From: Squalus acanthias
Taxonomy: Eukaryota
Assembly (NCBI GenBank): GCA_030390025.1
Contig: CM059431.1
Span: 116,500,001 to 116,564,000, forward strand
Direction: 5' to 3'
DNA: 64,000 nt
Shown piece by piece: positions 59,518-64,000 of the stretch; position 1 is the stretch's first letter; the number at the start of each line of letters is the position of its first letter. The translations under genes were made by a program, and so were the position numbers. The notes below the pieces were generated by a model. It was not told the DNA's origin and did not search any database. It saw only the letters and a list, made by a program, of their open reading frames with translations.

Positions 59518-61686
59518 GGGCTAAAAATTTGGGTGTTTAATGGCATCCATTACTAGCATAATGTGGCAAAAAAATGGCGGCGGCTGCTCTTTTGCCACCT
59601 GGTGGCGGCTCCTGCGGTGGTCACCATTTTGCAAGGGCTGGCAGCGCTGTCGATAAAAGCGCTGGCCCATGAAATATAAATGGGGAGAGGCTGACACGCC
59701 GACTTAACATCACCTCAGTGAACTTGGAGCTTAGCGCTGAGTTCAGCACTGGGTCCTGAGGTCACCATGAATACCCAGTGTTCATCAGACTGACAGAGGC
59801 GCTGTCAGCATCTCTTAAAGCAACACACACATCTTTCAGGTAAGTTTGCAGTTAAGCTTTTGGACTGGATTTATTTTATTTTATTGAAGTAGTGGCTTGC
59901 TCCAATACATGTTAAAAGTTTTTTAAGTGTGCAGGGAGTTCTGCTGGATGCTTGCAAGGCCTCGGATGGTAAAGGAAGGCCTCTGAGATGACAGAAAATG
60001 CTGGAAATACTCAGCAGGTCAGGCAACATCTGTGGAGAGAGAAACCGAGTTCATGTTTCAGGTCGAGGTGTTGCCTGACCTGCTGAGTATTCCCAGCATT
60101 TTATGGTTTTATTTTAGATTTATAGCAGAGGGAAGAGGAAGAATCAGAAGAGGAAGAATCAGAAGAGGAGGAAGCAGAAGAGGAGGAAGCGGAAGGAAGG
60201 ATGCAACCCAGACAACCCCTTTCTGGCCAGGATATCCGGGATGGAGTCATCCGCCTGTGGTAGCAGTGACCACAACCCAATTCCCCTTTCAACATTTGTC
60301 GCAAACATTATCTTCCCTCTGTTACTGACCATCACAGCGTCCTCATGGCCACAATGCTGAAATAAAAGCCACCACAAAGCAAAATTTCCAATTCAACTTT
60401 ATACATCTATCATCCAATATGACATCAAGAAATCAACTCCCTTATGCATTCCCTTAGTGGCTGTCTTGTGTGTGCATTTGCCTATCTTACTGATGTCACC
60501 CCTGTAGCTGCAGCATTTTCTGGTGGAAGGCTACTGACTTTCGATGGGGGACACTGCAAATGGCCTTGCTGGTCGACCTTGAGGAGATGGTGGCTGAGAG
60601 TGTCAAATCGAATGATGGTGTTTCTTCTTCTTCTTTGTCTTAATTCTCCTCTGTCTCTTCTTGGTCAACCACTGGCTGGACACACTATATTTCCTGGGTG
60701 TGTGAAATGAGGAAGGCACAAGGGTGGAGTTGTGGTGAGGGGAGGGCGGGAAAGCAAGAGGTGCATGCGAAAAGGAGGATAATGTTTGAGGATACCAGCA
60801 TCTTGTATCCATTCAGCCCCACCACTGGCCAAGGGCTCAGCCATGCCCCTGCCAAGAATGGCCAACACCATCTCCTCCAAGGGGGTGAGGTGAAGCTAGG
60901 AATGTGAGGTGTGCCTCGTGATTGGTACAGATTGTTGGTAGGTGAGTGATTGGGGTGGGGGTCGTGCATTGAGCAGTGTGTGAAGCTAGTGATGCAGTTG
61001 GTAGGAGACGGCTTTTGAAGATGCATTCACTGACCTTAACCACTGGTCTGAGGTTATGAAGCCTCTTTGGGCACAGGAGCCAGGTGGTGGGGGTGACACT
61101 GCTGGCAATGATGGCTCGGTGATGTACTCCCACATCGTTCTTTCTGGAAGACCTCCTGGCCCCTGTGGGTAGAGGACCTCTTTTGTAGTGTTGACCACCT
61201 GCACAAAGCTGGCGTGCTGCGTGTGAGACCCAGGGTACCCCTCTCTGGCTTGCTGAAGCACTTTTCCCATTTTTTTAGATGCAGAAGGCAATTCAGCTTT
61301 AAGAGCTGAAGACTCCCATTTGGGAATTCTTTTTAATGTTAACTTTTTTCAGAAAGCAGTTGAGCTGTAAGGGCTGAAAACTGCATATTTTTACATCATT
61401 TTTATTGCATTGCCTTTTTCAAATCTCACAATGCTTTGTGAAATCACAGCCTTGCTTTCAGAGGCTGTTCAAAGCTGCAACACTGCTTGTGGACTCCACA
61501 TTGGGGCCTGATGCCGGGACGAATGCCACCAGGAAGGCGTTACACGGTGAGTTTAGCACTGGACTAATAATCATTATTCCCGAGTGCCACTTTTTCAGTC
61601 CTACCAGCACCAACATTTTCGGTGGCCGTTAACCTGCGGCCGCGGTGGCACCAACAGCTTTCGTGTCGCACTCGAATTTTTAGCCC
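59518..61686 (-). mobile_element. Complete non-autonomous Harbinger derivative
   Basis: 12-bp TIR GGGCTAAAAATT / AATTTTTAGCCC; decayed Myb (TTWLLCPKRLHNL) on -; acidic tail on +; captured hairpin at 59988-60125. Confidence 0.85.
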
Positions 61687-61902
61687 ATTGTATTAAATAA
61701 GTTCGTCAAGGATGGACAAATCATTGGGACCTGATGCATTACATCAGAGGTTCCTGAGGGAAACTAAGGAAGAAATAGCAGAGGCTCTGATTATAATTTT
61801 CCAAAATGCCAGTGGACTGGAAGGTGGCAAATTTGGCCCTCCTCTCCAAAAAAGGAAATTATAGGCCAGTTACTCTTACTTCTGCTATTGGGAAAGTAAT
61901 AA

Positions 61903-62446
61903 GAGTAGATTTTCCTCTTTGTTGCACCTGGGGAACATTTAATTCCCAGACTGAGTAAAGAGGAAATGGGGCAGAGACCTGTTACATCAGGTCCCTGCCC
62001 CCACTACGCCAGCACAGGATTTCCTGGGGTTCCATCAATGGACAATACTGGGCTTGTGCTTACAGTCAGTACAGCCCAGTGTAAGGATGCAAATGATGTG
62101 GGATGGAGGATCCCTGGTCTTAATGCTTCACATTGTTTTGCGTGCACCTATGAGGTACTCAAATGGAGGAGCCCCCTTTGCAGACCTTGCCCCCGACTAC
62201 CCTCACCGCCCCCGTCCCCCAAGCACAATGTTCAGGCCTTGGGGTCAGGCCTACAGCTGGATTCCTATTCTTTGCCCCATGATACCAGAGCAAGGTGCTA
62301 TCATGGGGTGGGTGGGTCTGTGGCAGGAGGGCACCATGGATGTATATAGTATGGCGTTGGAAAATTGGGTGGAGTCCTCCTGTCAAAACCGTAGGTATGC
62401 AACATCTGTTGGACACTCAATGGGGATCCAAGAGGAAAATCGCCCC
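61903..62446. mobile_element. MITE inside the old CR1
   Basis: Inverted ends share GATTTTCCTCTT; CR1 sequence continues on both sides. Confidence 0.65.
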
Positions 62447-62580
62447 TCTAGAGTTTATAATACAGGATGAAATTACTAACAACCTGGAAAAACATGAGTT
62501 ATCAGGGCCAGTATGCATGGAATTATAAAGGACAGGTTATGCTTGACCAACCTTAAAGAATTCTTTGAAGAAATATTATT

Positions 62581-63490
62581 GGATCAGAATTTACTGCAGC
62601 CAATGAACGAATGGTGCCTATCGTTCATTAAACTTGCCTTGCCCTTATAATTTCCATGAAACTTTGCATTGAAAGTTGCTGTTAGTGGGGGATTGAAAGA
62701 GCGCAGTGCCCTCTACAGAGCATCTGAGGCCTGTGTGAACCGGGCAAGCAACCATGTATCTCCTTAACTAATCAGATTGAAGATTGATCAGTGCAGTGTC
62801 CGAACCAATGCAATGCAATGCAATCCAATTCAGCAGTCCAGTTCCGTTCAAATACAATCTGATCCAATCCATCAGTCCAGTTCAGTTCAATGTGAATCCA
62901 ATCCAATATAAGACAATACAATTTCAGTCCAGTTCAGTTATAATCCAATCCACTCCATTCCAATCCAGTTCCGTTCAAATCCCATCCAATGCAATCATCA
63001 GTCCAGCCCAGTTCAGTTCAAATCCAATCCAGTTCAGTTCAAATCCAATCTAATCCACCAGTCCAATACAGTTCAGTTCAGATCCAATCCAATCCAATCC
63101 AATCATCAGTCCAGTCCAGTTCAGTTCAATTCACATCCAATCCAATCATCAGACCAGTTCAGTTCATATCCAATGCAGTCCAATCTAATCTAATTAAAGT
63201 TAGAATAGTGAATTCAATGTCAAATATAAAGGGAGGGAAAGAAAGATTGGATTAAGAGGGAAAAAAGCAACAGAAAGAAAAAGTAAGAATTTAAAAAATT
63301 GTAATTATTGTTTTTAAAATCTCCAACAATTAAAAGTTGAGACGACACGCTTGTAAAAGTTAATTTTCAGTGCTAGTGAGGTTGTTTGGCAGTAATTAAG
63401 ACTTATCACACTTTTAAAAAGTGTACTTTATACTGAAATGAACCAGCCCTAACTTTCTGTAGTGAGTTTAGTCCGTATCTACTAAAGAAA
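62581..63490. mobile_element. MITE related to 42219-42977 (inverted), right end lost
   Basis: GGATCAGAATTTACTG start; purine-rich block 63225-63300 is complementary to 42630-42710. Confidence 0.6.
62795..63195. repeat. Degenerate pentanucleotide satellite (CCAAT/CCAGT/TCAGT/CAAAT)
   Basis: Clear 5-bp periodicity over ~400 bp. Confidence 0.9.
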
Positions 63491-64000
63491 ACAAAGGCTG
63501 CTATTAGATCAGCAAAAAGGCTAATGGAAAAAATGATCGCCGACAACTGTGGAAGTAATGGGAAAAGCTTTTTCAGTTATGCTTGGAGTCAGAGAACTGT
63601 CAATGACTGTATTGGACCATTGAAGCATGTTCAAGGATAGGTTACAAAGGACTCACTGGGTATGGCGGAAATATTAAATGAATACTTTGCATCGGTCTTC
63701 ACCCTTGAAGATGATGCTTGACTATTAGAATTTAATAATGTTACTAACAAAACTAGTAATATTAACATAGATGAACATATTGTTTTAGAAAGAATTAAGA
63801 AATTGATGATATCCACCCAAAGGTCCTCGGGGAGAAGGGACATGTGCTGTGTGAGCCCCTAGCCTGTATTTTTAATAGCTCACTGCACTCTGGAATAGTT
63901 CCTATAGACTGGAAGGAGGCTAATGTAGTCCCCATCTTTAAAAAAGGTGACAAGACAAACCCAGGTAACTATAGGCCCATTAGTTTAACATCAGTAATAG
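63490..64000 (+). mobile_element. Decayed CR1 ORF2 fragment continuing past the window edge
   Basis: GMAEILNEYFASVFT, VPIDWKEANVVPIFKKGDKTNPGNYRPISLTS. Confidence 0.85.

Larger units (their letters stand above)
58260..62575 (+). mobile_element. Ancient CR1 ORF2 broken into pieces (58260-59140, 61687-61900, 62450-62575) by nested insertions
   Basis: GEHLGKSDHNLI (APE end), DWKVAN, GNYRPVTLTSAIGK and CLTNLKEFFEE appear in order once the inserts are removed. Confidence 0.75.

Noticed and set aside
62784..63255. Gln/Ser/Asn-rich ORFs
   Set aside because: Translation of a pentamer satellite.

Overview
Eukaryotic, vertebrate-type DNA made up mostly of nested, decayed transposable elements. The repeat families (CR1 LINEs with 8-bp microsatellite tails, Deu-domain SINEs, L2 LINEs, many PIF/Harbinger derivatives) suggest a cartilaginous fish such as a shark; this is inference. 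No complete cellular gene, rRNA, tRNA gene or CRISPR is present. Main contents: a near full-length CR1 (ORF1 zinc finger + SGNH esterase; ORF2 APE + RT, 8.7-13.7 kb); a Harbinger cluster with convergent DDE-transposase and spliced Myb/SANT genes (17.6-25.3 kb) plus several non-autonomous copies and MITEs; a Mag-like Ty3/Gypsy element with short LTRs, a tRNA-Ser PBS and deleted integrase (32.3-37.2 kb); two long ERV-like LTRs; and a hAT-type element. About 11 copies of a short Penelope-like repeat carry a minimal hammerhead-ribozyme motif, usually as inverted hairpins with 11-16 bp target duplications. This is the most interesting signal. One convincing 168-bp minus-strand exon candidate (48989-49156) and a few weaker micro-exon candidates suggest the window lies in large introns of a host gene I could not identify. 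All coordinates were read by eye; no searches were run.
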